A stretch of DNA of 64,000 nt, from assembly GCA_023910605.1 (NCBI GenBank), contig JAAVVV010000001.1:422698-486697 (forward strand), given 5' to 3'. Shown here piece after piece: positions 10,817-21,649 of the stretch; position 1 is the first letter of the stretch, and each line of letters begins with the position of its first letter. The stretch comes from Bosea sp. (in: a-proteobacteria). GTDB taxonomy: Bacteria; Pseudomonadota; Alphaproteobacteria; Rhizobiales; Beijerinckiaceae. Below the pieces are notes generated by a model, which was not told the origin of the DNA, did not search any database, and saw nothing but the letters and a program-made list of their open reading frames with translations. The translations under genes were made by a program, and so were the position numbers.

Positions 10817-11464
10817 TTACTTCGGCAGACCTTGCGCGGGGGCCTCGCCAGCGGGCGCCTCATCCTTGAACTCGTGCTTCAGGATCAGCGGCGTCTGCGC
10901 CAGCGCGAAGGCGAGGGTGATGGGCATGACGCCCCAGACCTTGAACCCGACCCAGAAATCGGTCGAGAAATTGCGCCAAACCACCTCATTGAGGATGGCG
11001 AGCACGAAGAAGAACAGGCCCCAGCGGAAGGTGAGCTTGCGCCAGCCTTCCGTGGTCAGGCTCATGACGCTGTCGAGCACGAAGGGCAGCAGGGGCCGCC
11101 CCATCGCCAGCCCGCCGAGCAGGATGGCGCCGAACATGGTGTTGACGATTGTCGGCTTGAGCTTGATGAAAAGCTCGTCCTGAAGCGCGAGCGTCAGCCC
11201 GCCGAACACCGTCACGACCGCCGCATTGATGATGGCCATGCGCGGCAGATGGCGGAGCAGCAGCCTGGACAGCGTCAGCGAGATCAGCGACGCGGCGATG
11301 AAGACGCCTGTCGCAAGAAAGATGCGCTGGCCGGAGGCGACGCCGAACCAGCGTTCGCCATAGGAATTGACGAAGAAGAAGATGGCGAGCGGCCCGAACT
11401 CCAGCGCCAGCTTGAGCAGGGGATTGACCGGCTTCGCGGCCGTCTTGATCTGAACAGTGCTCAT
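10817..11464 (-). CDS. ispZ: septation protein A / inner membrane protein YciB
   Basis: [13 protein letters not shown] and [18 protein letters not shown]...W..FK.WG. Confidence 0.9.
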   Translation of the reverse strand: MSTVQIKTAAKPVNPLLKLALEFGPLAIFFFVNSYGERWFGVASGQRIFLATGVFIAASLISLTLSRLLLRHLPRMAIINAAVVTVFGGLTLALQDELFIKLKPTIVNTMFGAILLGGLAMGRPLLPFVLDSVMSLTTEGWRKLTFRWGLFFFVLAILNEVVWRNFSTDFWVGFKVWGVMPITLAFALAQTPLILKHEFKDEAPAGEAPAQGLPK

Positions 11465-12606
11465 GTGGCCCTCTCCAGCCCGGCCACGGCGCGGGCGAAA
11501 TCCGTTGCATCAAAGGGCTCGAGATCGTCGACCCCCTCGCCCACGCCGATGAAATGCACGGGCAGGCCGAACTTCGCCGCGAGCGCCACGAGGATTCCGC
11601 CGCGCGCCGTGCCGTCGAGCTTTGTCATGACGAGGCCGGTCACGCCGGCGATGTCACGGAAGGCCTCGACCTGCGCCACCGCGTTCTGGCCCACCGTGGC
11701 GTCGAGCACCAGCAGCACCGCATGGGGCGCCTCTGCGTCCACCTTCCGGATCACGCGCACCACCTTGGCGAGTTCGGCCATCAGCTCGGCCTTGTTCTGC
11801 AGCCGGCCGGCCGTGTCGATGAGCAGCACGTCGGTGCCCGCCGCCTTCGCCTGCGTCAGCGCATCGAAGGCGAGGCCCGCCGCGTCCGAGCCCTGTTCGC
11901 GGGCGATCACGCTCGCTCCGGTGCGCTCGCCCCAGACCTTGAGCTGCTCGATGGCGGCGGCGCGGAAGGTGTCGCCTGCCGCCAGCATCACCGAGCGCCC
12001 CTCGGCCTTGAACTTCGAGGCCAGCTTGCCGATGGTGGTGGTCTTGCCCGAGCCGTTGACGCCGACCATCAGCAGGACGAAGGGCTTGCGCGCCTCCGCG
12101 ATCACCAGAGGCTTCGCCACGGGAGCGAGGATGTCGCCGACCTCGCTCGCCAGGATGGTCCGGACCGCCTCGCCGGAGATGCCTTTCTCGTAGCGCGCCG
12201 CGCCCACGGCCTTCGCCACGCGGCTGGCGGTGTCGAGGCCCAGATCGGCCTGGATCAGGATGTCCTCGAGGTCTTCAAGCGTGCCTGCATCCAGCTTGCG
12301 CTTGGTGAACAGGTCCGTGATGCCCGTGGTGAGGGCCGACGAGGTGCGCGACAGCCCCCCGCTCAGCCGGCTCCACCAGCTGCGCGGCGCGGGCGGCATC
12401 GCCACGGGCGGCGCCGGCTCGGCGAGCGCCAGCGCGGCAGGATCGGTCGAGGGCAGCGGCGCGAGCCCGGTCGGCAGCACGACGGCCTCGGGCTGGTCCA
12501 CCCTGCCGACGGGGGGCTGGGGCGCCGGTTCCGGCTCAGACGCAGCCTTGCCGCCACGCCCGAACAGGCGCGCCAGCAGGCCCGGCTTCTTGCTGTCGTC
12601 GCTCAT
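11461..12606 (-). CDS. ftsY: signal recognition particle receptor
   Basis: [24 protein letters not shown] and [10 protein letters not shown]. Confidence 0.97.
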   Translation of the reverse strand: MSDDSKKPGLLARLFGRGGKAASEPEPAPQPPVGRVDQPEAVVLPTGLAPLPSTDPAALALAEPAPPVAMPPAPRSWWSRLSGGLSRTSSALTTGITDLFTKRKLDAGTLEDLEDILIQADLGLDTASRVAKAVGAARYEKGISGEAVRTILASEVGDILAPVAKPLVIAEARKPFVLLMVGVNGSGKTTTIGKLASKFKAEGRSVMLAAGDTFRAAAIEQLKVWGERTGASVIAREQGSDAAGLAFDALTQAKAAGTDVLLIDTAGRLQNKAELMAELAKVVRVIRKVDAEAPHAVLLVLDATVGQNAVAQVEAFRDIAGVTGLVMTKLDGTARGGILVALAAKFGLPVHFIGVGEGVDDLEPFDATDFARAVAGLERAT

Positions 12607-12680
12607 CGTCGCGGATGATCCTTCGGCCCCGGGCCCCGCCGTGCTTGCGGCCTGCGTCCCGCTTCGTTACCCGGTTCGCC

Positions 12681-13463
12681 ATGACATCGGAAGAGTGGAT
12701 CGCAGATGGCGCTGCGGCGCGCGCCCCGCAAGCCCGCGCCGACGCCGCGCCGACGCCGGAGGCGATGCTGGCGCGCGTGCTGCACCGCGACGCGCTGATG
12801 CTGGTCATCGACAAGCCCGCCGGCATGCCGGTCCATCGCGGGCCGCAGAATGCCCACAGCCGCAACGCGCCGCAGGCCGACAGGCCTCTCGACAGCTATT
12901 TCCCGGCGCTGCGCTTCGGGTTGCCACGGCCTCCGGAGCTGGCTCACCGGCTCGACCGCGACACATCGGGCTGCCTCGTGCTGGGCCGCCACCGGCAGGC
13001 GCTGGCCCGGCTGGGGGAGCTGTTCAAGGCGGGCAGCATCGCCAAGACCTACTGGGCGGTGGTCGAGGGCGACCCCGCCGATGAGGGCCGCATCGACCTG
13101 CCGCTCGCCAGGCTGGACCCCGGGCGCGGCTGGTGGATGAAGGTGGCCGGGGACGGCCTGCCTTCGGCGACGCTCTGGCGGGTGCTTGGCCGCAGCGCCG
13201 CCCGCGACCTGGCCTGGCTGTCGCTAGAGCCGCTCACCGGGCGCACCCATCAGCTCCGGGTCCATTGCCAGGCCATGGGCTGGCCCATTCTGGGCGATCC
13301 GATCTATGGCGCGGCTCCGCGCTTCGGCGGCCCGGGACTGCATCTGCACGCCCGGTCCATCACCGTGCCCCTTCACCCGAAGAAGCCGCCCGTGCATGTC
13401 GAAGCCCCCGCCCCTGAGCGCATGCGCGAGCGGTTGTCGGCCTGCGGCTGGCGCGAGGGCTGA
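12681..13463 (+). CDS. RluA family pseudouridine synthase
   Basis: DKPAGMPVH, HRLDRDTSG and TGRTHQLRVH motifs. Start uncertain (12615 or 12681). Confidence 0.9.
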   Translation: MTSEEWIADGAAARAPQARADAAPTPEAMLARVLHRDALMLVIDKPAGMPVHRGPQNAHSRNAPQADRPLDSYFPALRFGLPRPPELAHRLDRDTSGCLVLGRHRQALARLGELFKAGSIAKTYWAVVEGDPADEGRIDLPLARLDPGRGWWMKVAGDGLPSATLWRVLGRSAARDLAWLSLEPLTGRTHQLRVHCQAMGWPILGDPIYGAAPRFGGPGLHLHARSITVPLHPKKPPVHVEAPAPERMRERLSACGWREG

Positions 13464-13479
13464 GGCCGGCGCCCGGCCC

Positions 13480-13770
13480 TCAGGCCGCCATCGCATCCAT
13501 GGCCCTCGCCATGGCTATGTCGAGCTCCGAAAGCCCGCCTGCATCATGGGTGGACAAGGTCACGTCCACGGTGCGGTGGACATTCGACCATTCCGGATGA
13601 TGGTCCATCTTCTCGGCCAGCAGCGCGACACGGGTCATCCAGCCGAAGGCCTCGTTGAAATCGCCGAAGGTGAAGCGCCGCGCGATCGCGTCGCGCGCCT
13701 CCACCTCTGCCCATCGGGGCAAGGTTGCAAGCGCGGCGGCGCGGGCGGCTGGATCGAGGCGTTCGGCCAT
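13480..13770 (-). CDS. phhB: 4a-hydroxytetrahydrobiopterin dehydratase (pterin carbinolamine dehydratase)
   Basis: [32 protein letters not shown]...[11 protein letters not shown]; start MAERLD at 13770. Confidence 0.93.
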   Translation of the reverse strand: MAERLDPAARAAALATLPRWAEVEARDAIARRFTFGDFNEAFGWMTRVALLAEKMDHHPEWSNVHRTVDVTLSTHDAGGLSELDIAMARAMDAMAA

Positions 13771-13849
13771 GATGGTGTCTCTCAGGGGGTGGCGTTCTGG
13801 TCTGGCGGCCGCTTGCGCAAGGGCGGGTGTTGGGGCGGGTTTGTTGTCC

Positions 13850-14404
13850 TCAGATGGCGCGCAGCGCGCGCGCGTCCAGCGGATACACGGCCTCGACCAC
13901 ATAGGGGCCGCCTCCGGTCGAGGCGCGCGACGAGTAGAGCACGAAGCGCCGGGCGGTGAAGCTGATGGGACGCAGGATGGCCCGGCCCGACAGATAGTCG
14001 GCCACGGCGAGGGTGGAGGCGCCCTTGATCCGCCCCAGCGTGACATGGGGCCGAAAGCGCCGCGTCTCGGGCGGCAGGCCGATGCGGCGCATGATGCGCT
14101 CATGCTCGGCCTGAAGCTCCATGAGGCCCGGCTCCGCCGCAACATGCGCATGGACCGAATGCGGCTTGTCCCCGCCGAAGCTGCCGAGGCCGTCAAGCGT
14201 CACCGTGAAGGGCGCGCGTACCGTCTCGGCGAGGCCCTCGGCCGCCTCCAGCGCGACATGGCGGTCGACATCGCCGAGAAAGCGCAAGGTGATGTGATAA
14301 TCGGCAGGCTCGAGCCAGCGCGCTCCGGCCAGCCCACCCCGGTGCAAGGAGAGCTGCAGGGCGATGTCGGGCGGGATTTCCAGTCCGGTGAATAGCCTTG
14401 GCAT
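13850..14404 (-). CDS. thpR: RNA 2',3'-cyclic phosphodiesterase (2H phosphoesterase)
   Basis: MPRLFTGL start and two HxT motifs ([16 protein letters not shown]). Confidence 0.93.
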   Translation of the reverse strand: MPRLFTGLEIPPDIALQLSLHRGGLAGARWLEPADYHITLRFLGDVDRHVALEAAEGLAETVRAPFTVTLDGLGSFGGDKPHSVHAHVAAEPGLMELQAEHERIMRRIGLPPETRRFRPHVTLGRIKGASTLAVADYLSGRAILRPISFTARRFVLYSSRASTGGGPYVVEAVYPLDARALRAI

Positions 14405-14491
14405 GGGCCAAGACTGGCCCAAACCGGGGTCGATGGCGAGATGGCGCGCGGCGCCCGCGCGCCTCTGTTCACAAGGGATTGATCAGGCTGC

Positions 14492-15550
14492 TCAGGGACA
14501 GGGATTGCCGCGGCGCTGGTGGACGGCATCGATGTCAGCCTCCAGCTCAGGCGTCATCTTCACCGCCCGCGAGCCTTCCACGCAGACCTTGAGCTGCTCC
14601 ATCGAGGTCGCGCCGATGATGTTGGCTGTGGTGAAGGGCCGGCTGGTGACGAAGGCCACCGCCATGGCCGAGGGATCGAGGCCGTGCTTGCGGGCCACGG
14701 CCAGATAATCGGCGATGGCGTCCTCCGCGCCCGGGGTCTGGTAGCGCTGGCCCCGGTCGAACAGCGTGGTGCGGGCGCCCGGCGGCCGCGCGCCATTGAG
14801 ATACTTGCCGGAGAGAAAGCCCTGCGCCAGCGGCGAATAGGCCATCAGCCCCACCTGATCCCGCACGAAGATCTCGGCCATCGCCACGTCATAGGTGCGG
14901 TTGAGCAGGTTGTAGGCGTTCTGCACCGTGACCACGCGGGGCAGGCCCTTCGTCTCCGCCGCGAAGAGGAAGCGCATCGTGCCCCAGGCGCTCTCGTTGG
15001 AGAGGCCCACATGCCGGATCTTCCCGGCCTTGATGAAGCCCGCCAGCACCTCGAGCTGCTCCTCGATGCTGGTTTCGTCGGCCGCCGGCTTGAACCCGGC
15101 CATGCTGAAGCGGATCGGGTTGGAGCCCCAGGACGCAGGCCTCTCCGGCCAGTGGAGCTGGTAAAGATCGATGTAGTCCGTCTGCAGCCGCTTGAGCGAC
15201 TGGTCGAGCGCATAGGTCATCTGCGCCTTGTCGAGCCGGCCCTCCTGCGGGGGGTCGCGGAACCAGGTCATCTGCGAGCGGCCGATGACCTTGCTCGCGA
15301 GGATCACCTTGTCGCGCTTGCCCCGCGACTTGAACCAGCTGCCGATGATGCGCTCGGTCGAGCCTTGCGTCTCGGCCTTGGGCGGGATCGAGTAGAGCTC
15401 CGCCGTGTCGAAGAAGCTGATGCCCTGGTCGAGGGCATAATCCATCTGCGCATGGCCTTCGGCCTCGGTGTTCTGCTGCCCCCAGGTCATGGTGCCGAGG
15501 CAGATTTCCGACACCTTGAGATCGGTGCGGCCGAGCGGGCGATATTGCAT
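14492..15550 (-). CDS. aldo/keto reductase, Tas-like
   Basis: LGTMTWG, FDTAELY, SLKRLQTDYIDLYQLHWP, GKIRHVGLSNE and QNAYNLLNR. Confidence 0.92.
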   Translation of the reverse strand: MQYRPLGRTDLKVSEICLGTMTWGQQNTEAEGHAQMDYALDQGISFFDTAELYSIPPKAETQGSTERIIGSWFKSRGKRDKVILASKVIGRSQMTWFRDPPQEGRLDKAQMTYALDQSLKRLQTDYIDLYQLHWPERPASWGSNPIRFSMAGFKPAADETSIEEQLEVLAGFIKAGKIRHVGLSNESAWGTMRFLFAAETKGLPRVVTVQNAYNLLNRTYDVAMAEIFVRDQVGLMAYSPLAQGFLSGKYLNGARPPGARTTLFDRGQRYQTPGAEDAIADYLAVARKHGLDPSAMAVAFVTSRPFTTANIIGATSMEQLKVCVEGSRAVKMTPELEADIDAVHQRRGNPCP

Positions 15551-15578
15551 GGGAGGCTCCGGTGCGGCGAAGGCGCGG

Positions 15579-16304
15579 CTACCCCGGTCGCCTCAGCGTG
15601 TCGAGGAAGCCTTCAACGGTGGGAAGGATGCGGTCGACGATCGTTTTCACGCCGTCCGCAGTGGGATGGATGCCATCGTTTAGATTGAGTTCGCGCCGGC
15701 CCGCAACCCCATCGAGGAAGAATGGATACAGCATCAGCCCATGCTTGGCGGCCAGTTCGGGAAAGATGGCGTCGAAGCGCTCGCGATAGGCTGGCCCCAT
15801 ATTGGGCGGGGCGAGCATGCCGGTGAGCAGCACGGGGATGTTGCGCGCCTTGAGGCGGGTGATGATGGCGTCCAGCGCCGAGCGTGTCTGCGCCGGGTCG
15901 AGCCCGCGCAGCGCGTCATTGGCGCCAAGCTCCAGGATGACCCCGTCGATGCTATCCCCGATGGACCAGTCCAGCCGGTCCAGCCCCGCCTGCGTGGTGT
16001 CGCCCGAGACGCCGGCATTCTCGATCACGATCGTGCGACCGCGCGCGGCCAGCGCCCTCTGGAGTTGCGCCGGAAAGGCGGCGGAGGCCGGAAGACCATA
16101 GCCAGCGGTGAGGCTGTCGCCGAAGGCGGCGATCCGCATCGGCCTGTTCTGCGCCTGCGCGGCGCCGGCAGGCAGGCAGGCTGCAAGCATTGTGATGATC
16201 GCCCCTACCGAAAGCAGGCCCCGGATGCCATCTGGGAACCACTGGCGCGCGTAAGCCAGACGCCTTCTTCGCCACGCCGCCATTGCCGTAACGCCCTGCC
16301 TCAC
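15579..16304 (-). CDS. tesA: arylesterase / acyl-CoA thioesterase I (SGNH hydrolase), secreted; true start probably downstream of 16304
   Basis: GDSLTAGYG, NAGVSGDTT, LELGAND and DGIHP blocks; signal-peptide-like stretch; divergent from ybbA as in the known tesA-ybbAP layout. Confidence 0.88.
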   Translation of the reverse strand: MRQGVTAMAAWRRRRLAYARQWFPDGIRGLLSVGAIITMLAACLPAGAAQAQNRPMRIAAFGDSLTAGYGLPASAAFPAQLQRALAARGRTIVIENAGVSGDTTQAGLDRLDWSIGDSIDGVILELGANDALRGLDPAQTRSALDAIITRLKARNIPVLLTGMLAPPNMGPAYRERFDAIFPELAAKHGLMLYPFFLDGVAGRRELNLNDGIHPTADGVKTIVDRILPTVEGFLDTLRRPG

Positions 16305-16338
16305 GCCTCGCGCTCCTTGGAAAGATGTTGTTCAGCCG

Positions 16339-17046
<708 letters not shown>

Positions 17047-17050
17047 GCCC

Positions 17051-19660
17051 ATGCACGGACAGATTCCCCCGATCCGCCGGCCTCAGGGCATGATCGCACT
17101 GTCGCGCCTCGCCCTGAGCCTCGCCTGGCGCGATCTGCGCGGCGGCCTGCGCGGCTTTGGGGTGTTCATCGCCTGTCTCGCGCTGGGCGTCGCCGCAATC
17201 GCTGCCGTAACCTCCGTCGCGCGCGGCGTCGGCGAAGGGCTTGGCCGTGAGGGCAAACGCATTCTCGGGGGTGACGCCGCCTTCGCCCTCGTGCACCGCG
17301 AGGCGACCGAAAGCGAGCGCGCCTTCCTCGCCGCGCGTGGCGCTGTCTCGGTGATGGCCACCATGCGCGCGATGGTGAACGCCGGCGACAAGGGCACGGC
17401 GCTGGTCGAGATCAAGGCCGTCGACTCAGCCTATCCCACCATCGGCGACATCCGCAGCGAGCCGCAAGCGGCTCTTTCCGCGCTTCTGGCCCCGCGCGAC
17501 GGGCTGCATGGCGTGCTCGTCGATCCTCTGATTCCCGGCCGGCTCGGCCTCGCCACGGGCGATGTGGTCCGCGTCGGCGAGGCAGAGGTGCGCATCGCCG
17601 GCACCATCCTCTCGGAGCCCGACAAGGTGGCGGCGGGGATCGGGCTTGGACCGCGCCTGCTGATGACCGAGGCCGCGTTGCGCCAGACCGGGCTGGTGCA
17701 GCCCGGCAGCCTGATCCGCTGGACCTACCGCGTGAACCTGCCGGGCGACGAGGCGGCTTCAGCCGCGCCGCTCGCCGCGCTGGAGGCCGAGGCCAGGCGC
17801 GCCCTGCCCGATGCGGGCTGGGAGGTGCGGACGCGCGCCAATGCCGATCCGCGCTTCTCGCGCAACATCGATCGCTTCAGCCAGTTTCTGACGCTTGTGG
17901 GGCTGACGGCCCTTCTGGTCGGCGGCGTCGGCGTGGCCAACGCCGTGCGCCGCTTCGTCGACGCCAAGCGGCTGGATTTCGCGACGCTGAAGGCGCTGGG
18001 CGCGCCCGGTTCGCAAGTGGTGGCCATCCATCTCGTCGAGGTCATGCTGGTGGCGATCATCGGCGTCAGCATCGGCGTGGCCGTCGGCGCCAGCCTGCCC
18101 TTCATCCTGGCAGGGCTGCTCGCTGACGTGCTGCCCTTGCCGCTGGCGCCGACCATCGCCTGGACAGAGCTTGGGGTCGCCGCTCTCTATGGCCTCGTGA
18201 CTGCCCTTGTCTTCGCGCTGCTGCCGCTCGGCCAGGCGCATGACACCCCCGTCTCGGCGCTCTTCCGCGATGTCGTCGATTCGCAGGACCGTCGCCCGCG
18301 CGCGCTCTATCTCGTCGCCTTCGCCGCGGCCCTCGCCGCCATGATCGGCATCACCATCCTTTTCGCCTATGATGCGCGCATCGCGACGATCTACATCGGC
18401 GTGATCGCGGCGACTTTCGTGCTGCTGCGCTTGGTCGGCTTCATCATCATGCGCGTCGCGGCCGCCATGCCGCGCGCGGCGGCGCCGTCGCTGCGCATGG
18501 CCATCGCCAACATGCACAGGCCCGGCGCGCTCACGCCGGCCCTGGTGCTGTCGCTGGGGCTGGGCGTTGCGCTGCTCTCCGCGCTCGCCTTCATCGACGT
18601 CAGTCTCAACCGCGCCCTGACACAGAACCTGCCGGCCCGCGCGCCAAGCTTCTTCTTCCTCGACATTCCGAACACGCGCACGGCCGAGTTCGACGCCTTC
18701 ATCAGGCGTCAGGCTCCCGGCGCGGAGATCGAGCGGGTGCCGTTGATGCGCGGCCGGCTTGTCGCGCTCAACGATACCCCCGCAGAGCAGGTCAAGGCTG
18801 CGGACCGCTTCGGCTGGGTGCTCGAAGGCGACCGCGGCCTGAGCTACGCCGCCACGCTGCCACGCGATTCGCGCCTCGTCACCGGCGAGTGGTGGGCTCC
18901 CGACCATTCCGGCGAGCCGCTTGTGTCCTTCGACCATGACCTCGCCACCGGGCTCGGGCTGAGACTGGGAGATCGTGTGACCGTCAATGTGCTCGGCCGC
19001 AACATCACCGCGCGGCTGGCCAACACGCGCAAGGTCGAATGGCGCAATCTCGGCATCAACTTCGTCATGCTGTTCTCGCCCAACGCCTTCGCCGGCGCGC
19101 CGCACTCGCATCTGGCCACGCTCACCGTCCCCGCTGAGACCAGGCCCCTCTCGGCGCAGGAGGCCGCCACGCAGGATGCAGCCCTGCTGCGCGAGCTTGG
19201 CCGCAGCTTCCCCGCCGTCACCGCAGTGCGGGTGAAGGATGCGCTCGAGGCCGCGAATGATCTGGTGGGCAAGCTGACCCTCGCCATCCGCGTCGCGAGC
19301 GGCATCGCCGTCGCGGCCTCGCTGCTGGTGCTGGCCGGCGCGCTGGCGGCGGGCCAGCGCGCGCGGCTCTATGACGCAATGATTCTCAAGACGCTGGGCG
19401 CGACGCGCAGGCGCATCATGGCGTCCTACGGGCTCGAATATGCGTTGACCGGGGGTGTCGCCGCGCTGTTCGGCCTTGTCGCAGGGGCGGGCGCGGGCTG
19501 GGCGGTCACGACACGGGCGATGAACATCGACTTTGTCTTCGCACCCGGAAGCGCCATTATTCTTGCCAGCGTCACGATTTGCATCGCCGTTGGCTTTGGA
19601 TTGATTGGAACCATGCGAATACTGGCGAAGAAACCGGCGAGTTACTTGCGCTCGCTATAG
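17051..19660 (+). CDS. ABC transporter permease, FtsX/YbbP-type (two FtsX modules)
   Basis: LAWRDLRGGLR...IACLALGVAAIAAV...LGGD; downstream of the ATPase. Start 17051 or 17090. Confidence 0.88.
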   Translation: MHGQIPPIRRPQGMIALSRLALSLAWRDLRGGLRGFGVFIACLALGVAAIAAVTSVARGVGEGLGREGKRILGGDAAFALVHREATESERAFLAARGAVSVMATMRAMVNAGDKGTALVEIKAVDSAYPTIGDIRSEPQAALSALLAPRDGLHGVLVDPLIPGRLGLATGDVVRVGEAEVRIAGTILSEPDKVAAGIGLGPRLLMTEAALRQTGLVQPGSLIRWTYRVNLPGDEAASAAPLAALEAEARRALPDAGWEVRTRANADPRFSRNIDRFSQFLTLVGLTALLVGGVGVANAVRRFVDAKRLDFATLKALGAPGSQVVAIHLVEVMLVAIIGVSIGVAVGASLPFILAGLLADVLPLPLAPTIAWTELGVAALYGLVTALVFALLPLGQAHDTPVSALFRDVVDSQDRRPRALYLVAFAAALAAMIGITILFAYDARIATIYIGVIAATFVLLRLVGFIIMRVAAAMPRAAAPSLRMAIANMHRPGALTPALVLSLGLGVALLSALAFIDVSLNRALTQNLPARAPSFFFLDIPNTRTAEFDAFIRRQAPGAEIERVPLMRGRLVALNDTPAEQVKAADRFGWVLEGDRGLSYAATLPRDSRLVTGEWWAPDHSGEPLVSFDHDLATGLGLRLGDRVTVNVLGRNITARLANTRKVEWRNLGINFVMLFSPNAFAGAPHSHLATLTVPAETRPLSAQEAATQDAALLRELGRSFPAVTAVRVKDALEAANDLVGKLTLAIRVASGIAVAASLLVLAGALAAGQRARLYDAMILKTLGATRRRIMASYGLEYALTGGVAALFGLVAGAGAGWAVTTRAMNIDFVFAPGSAIILASVTICIAVGFGLIGTMRILAKKPASYLRSL

Positions 19661-19764
19661 TTGGCGAGCGCGTCTTTTAACATTTTTGTTCTGTAATTTT
19701 GCCGGCGAAGCGCCGGACCGCCAAGGTCGCGGCGACGCAAGTCGCGGCCGGCGGCAAGCGACCA

Positions 19765-19792
19765 CTTGCAAGACTGCCTGGTTATCCCCATA
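19765..19792 (+). promoter_or_regulatory. putative RpoH (sigma32) promoter for the BI-1/YccA gene
   Basis: CTTGCA-N15-CCCCATA resembles CTTGAA-N13-17-CCCCAT. Confidence 0.4.
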
Positions 19793-19890
19793 CTTTACAC
19801 CGACGTCGGATGCCGACGCTGCGGGGCTTTGAACAATCCCGCGGAAACTGGCCGTCCTTCAGGGATTTCCAAAGGGAGTTGGAGCTTTCC

Positions 19891-20646
19891 ATGAGCAATT
19901 TCGATCCTAACGCTTCCGCCTGGGGCACCACGCGTGTCCAGACGCGGAGCGCCGCCGAGGTCGATCAGGGCCTTCGGTCCTTCATGCTCGGCGTTTACAA
20001 CCACATGATCACGGGCCTGGGCATCTCGGGCGTTGTCGCGATGGGTGCCAACATGCTCGCCGGCGGCAGCCTGCGCACGCTGACGCCTTTCGGCCAGCTG
20101 CTGTATCTGAGCCCGCTCAAGTGGGTGGTGATGCTGGCTCCGCTGGCGTTCATCCTGCTGTTCTCATTCCGCGCCGACAAGATGTCGCCATCGGCCGCCC
20201 GCGGCATGTTCTATGCGTTTGCGGCGGTGATGGGCCTGTCGATGTCGTCCATCCTGATGGTCTTCACCGGCGCGTCGATCGTGCAGATGTTCTTCGTGAC
20301 CGCTGCGGCCTTTGGCGGGCTGAGCCTGTTCGGCTACACCACCAAGAAGTCGCTGTCGGGCATGGGCTCGTTCCTCATCATGGGCCTGATCGGTCTGGTC
20401 ATCGCCTCGCTGGTGAACCTGTTCCTTCAGTCGAGCGCCATCCAGTTCGCCATTTCGGCGATCGGCGTGCTGGTGTTCGCCGGCCTCACCGCCTGGGACA
20501 CCCAGCGCCTGAAGGAAATCTACATCCATGGCGAAGGCTCGGCCGACGATCTGGCCCGCCTGTCGATCAACGGGGCGCTGTCGCTGTATCTGAACTTCAT
20601 CAACATGTTCCAGATGCTGCTGTCGCTGTTCGGCAACCGCGAGTGA
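19891..20646 (+). CDS. Bax inhibitor-1/YccA family membrane protein
   Basis: VDQGLRSFMLGVYNHM and LTAWDTQRLK...GALSLYLNFINMF; GGAG RBS. Confidence 0.93.
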   Translation: MSNFDPNASAWGTTRVQTRSAAEVDQGLRSFMLGVYNHMITGLGISGVVAMGANMLAGGSLRTLTPFGQLLYLSPLKWVVMLAPLAFILLFSFRADKMSPSAARGMFYAFAAVMGLSMSSILMVFTGASIVQMFFVTAAAFGGLSLFGYTTKKSLSGMGSFLIMGLIGLVIASLVNLFLQSSAIQFAISAIGVLVFAGLTAWDTQRLKEIYIHGEGSADDLARLSINGALSLYLNFINMFQMLLSLFGNRE

Positions 20647-20671
20647 TCGCATACCCGGCGTGAAGACAACG

Positions 20672-20703
20672 AACCCCGGCCGTGAGGCCGGGGTTTTTGT
20701 TTG
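20672..20703 (+). terminator. intrinsic terminator after BI-1
   Basis: 10-bp stem AACCCCGGCC/GGCCGGGGTT, GTGA loop, then TTTGTTT. Confidence 0.9.
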
Positions 20704-20830
20704 CAGCGGTCTGTGGCTGTCTCCCCGGGCGCGTTGCCGTTGACGGCACAGAGGCAATGTCCGAACGCGATGACGGGCGTGTTCCCGGCCTGACACTCCA
20801 CCCCGGCCCGCGCGCTTGCTCCTTGCCGCC

Positions 20831-21023
20831 ATGACCGTCCTTGTCGACCCACCGCAGATCCTCACGCGCCCCTGCGCAGAGACCGAACTGCCCGCAATCC
20901 TGGGCATCTATGCCCGTTTCCGTGTGCAATGATGCGGCCTCATGGGAGTTCGAGCCGCCTGGCCTTGACGAGATGGCCGTCGCCGCCGCGCCATCATCGG
21001 GGCCGGCTTTACCCTTCGCCTGA
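20831..21023 (+). pseudogene. frameshifted, truncated GNAT N-acetyltransferase remnant (YncA/MddA, phosphinothricin acetyltransferase-like)
   Basis: Frame A gives MTVLVDPPQILTRPCAETELPAILGIYAR; the +1 frame gives SVCNDAASWEFEPPGLDEMA; frame A resumes with RRRAIIGAGF; then a further shift and stop. Stitched together this resembles the family N-terminus IRPATEADLPAILAIYA..V...ASFELEPPDL.EM..R. Confidence 0.75.
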
Positions 21024-21047
21024 GGCGTGGAACCCCAACGCGGGCGA

Positions 21048-21449
21048 TCAGCGCACCAGCTTCAGCGGCTTGTCGAGCACCTGCAGGACGCGCTCGAGCT
21101 CATGCCCGCGCTTCATGGTCAGGCCGCCGGCCGTCGTCACGCTGTACGCGCCCTGCCGGCGGGCCAGCGACGGGTTCTTGACGATCCGGTAAAGCGGCAT
21201 CTCGGACGAGCGCCGGAAGACGGAAAACACCGCCATGTCCTTCAGGAAATCGATCGCATAGTCGCGCCACTCGCCCTCGGCGACCTTGCGTCCATAGAGA
21301 TTGAGGATGGCGCGCAGCTCGTGGCGGTCGAAGGAGACCTTTGCCCCTGCGACGGACCCGGCAGCGGCTGACGGCGTAGGGCCGGCTGTCCCGCTCGCGC
21401 CGCGCAGGGGAATCACGGCGGCAATCTCCTCCGCATCTGCATCGCTCAT
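21048..21449 (-). CDS. DUF2794 family protein
   Basis: VSFDRHELRAILNLYGRKVAEGEWRDYAIDFLKDMAVFSVFRRSSEMPLYRIVK. Confidence 0.88.
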   Translation of the reverse strand: MSDADAEEIAAVIPLRGASGTAGPTPSAAAGSVAGAKVSFDRHELRAILNLYGRKVAEGEWRDYAIDFLKDMAVFSVFRRSSEMPLYRIVKNPSLARRQGAYSVTTAGGLTMKRGHELERVLQVLDKPLKLVR

Positions 21450-21649
21450 GCCGCCGTCTCCGCCTCAGCCGTCTTGTCTGATGATGGTGCCGGCGCGGCG
21501 CGCATGCAAGCAGCGCTGGAGATCGCCGCGTCCCGGCTCTTTGCCAGGCTGCCCGATTCGCGACGCCAGGCACCGCTGCCTGGCCGTCCTGCACCTGACC
21601 ACATGTTTTTGACGCGCCCCATTTTGGCCGGGTTCACGCCCATCCAAAG

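Noticed and set aside
19732-19745. RegR-box-like GCGAC-N4-GTCGC upstream of BI-1
   Set aside because: Spacing is 4 instead of 5, and such GC-rich palindromes are common at this GC content.
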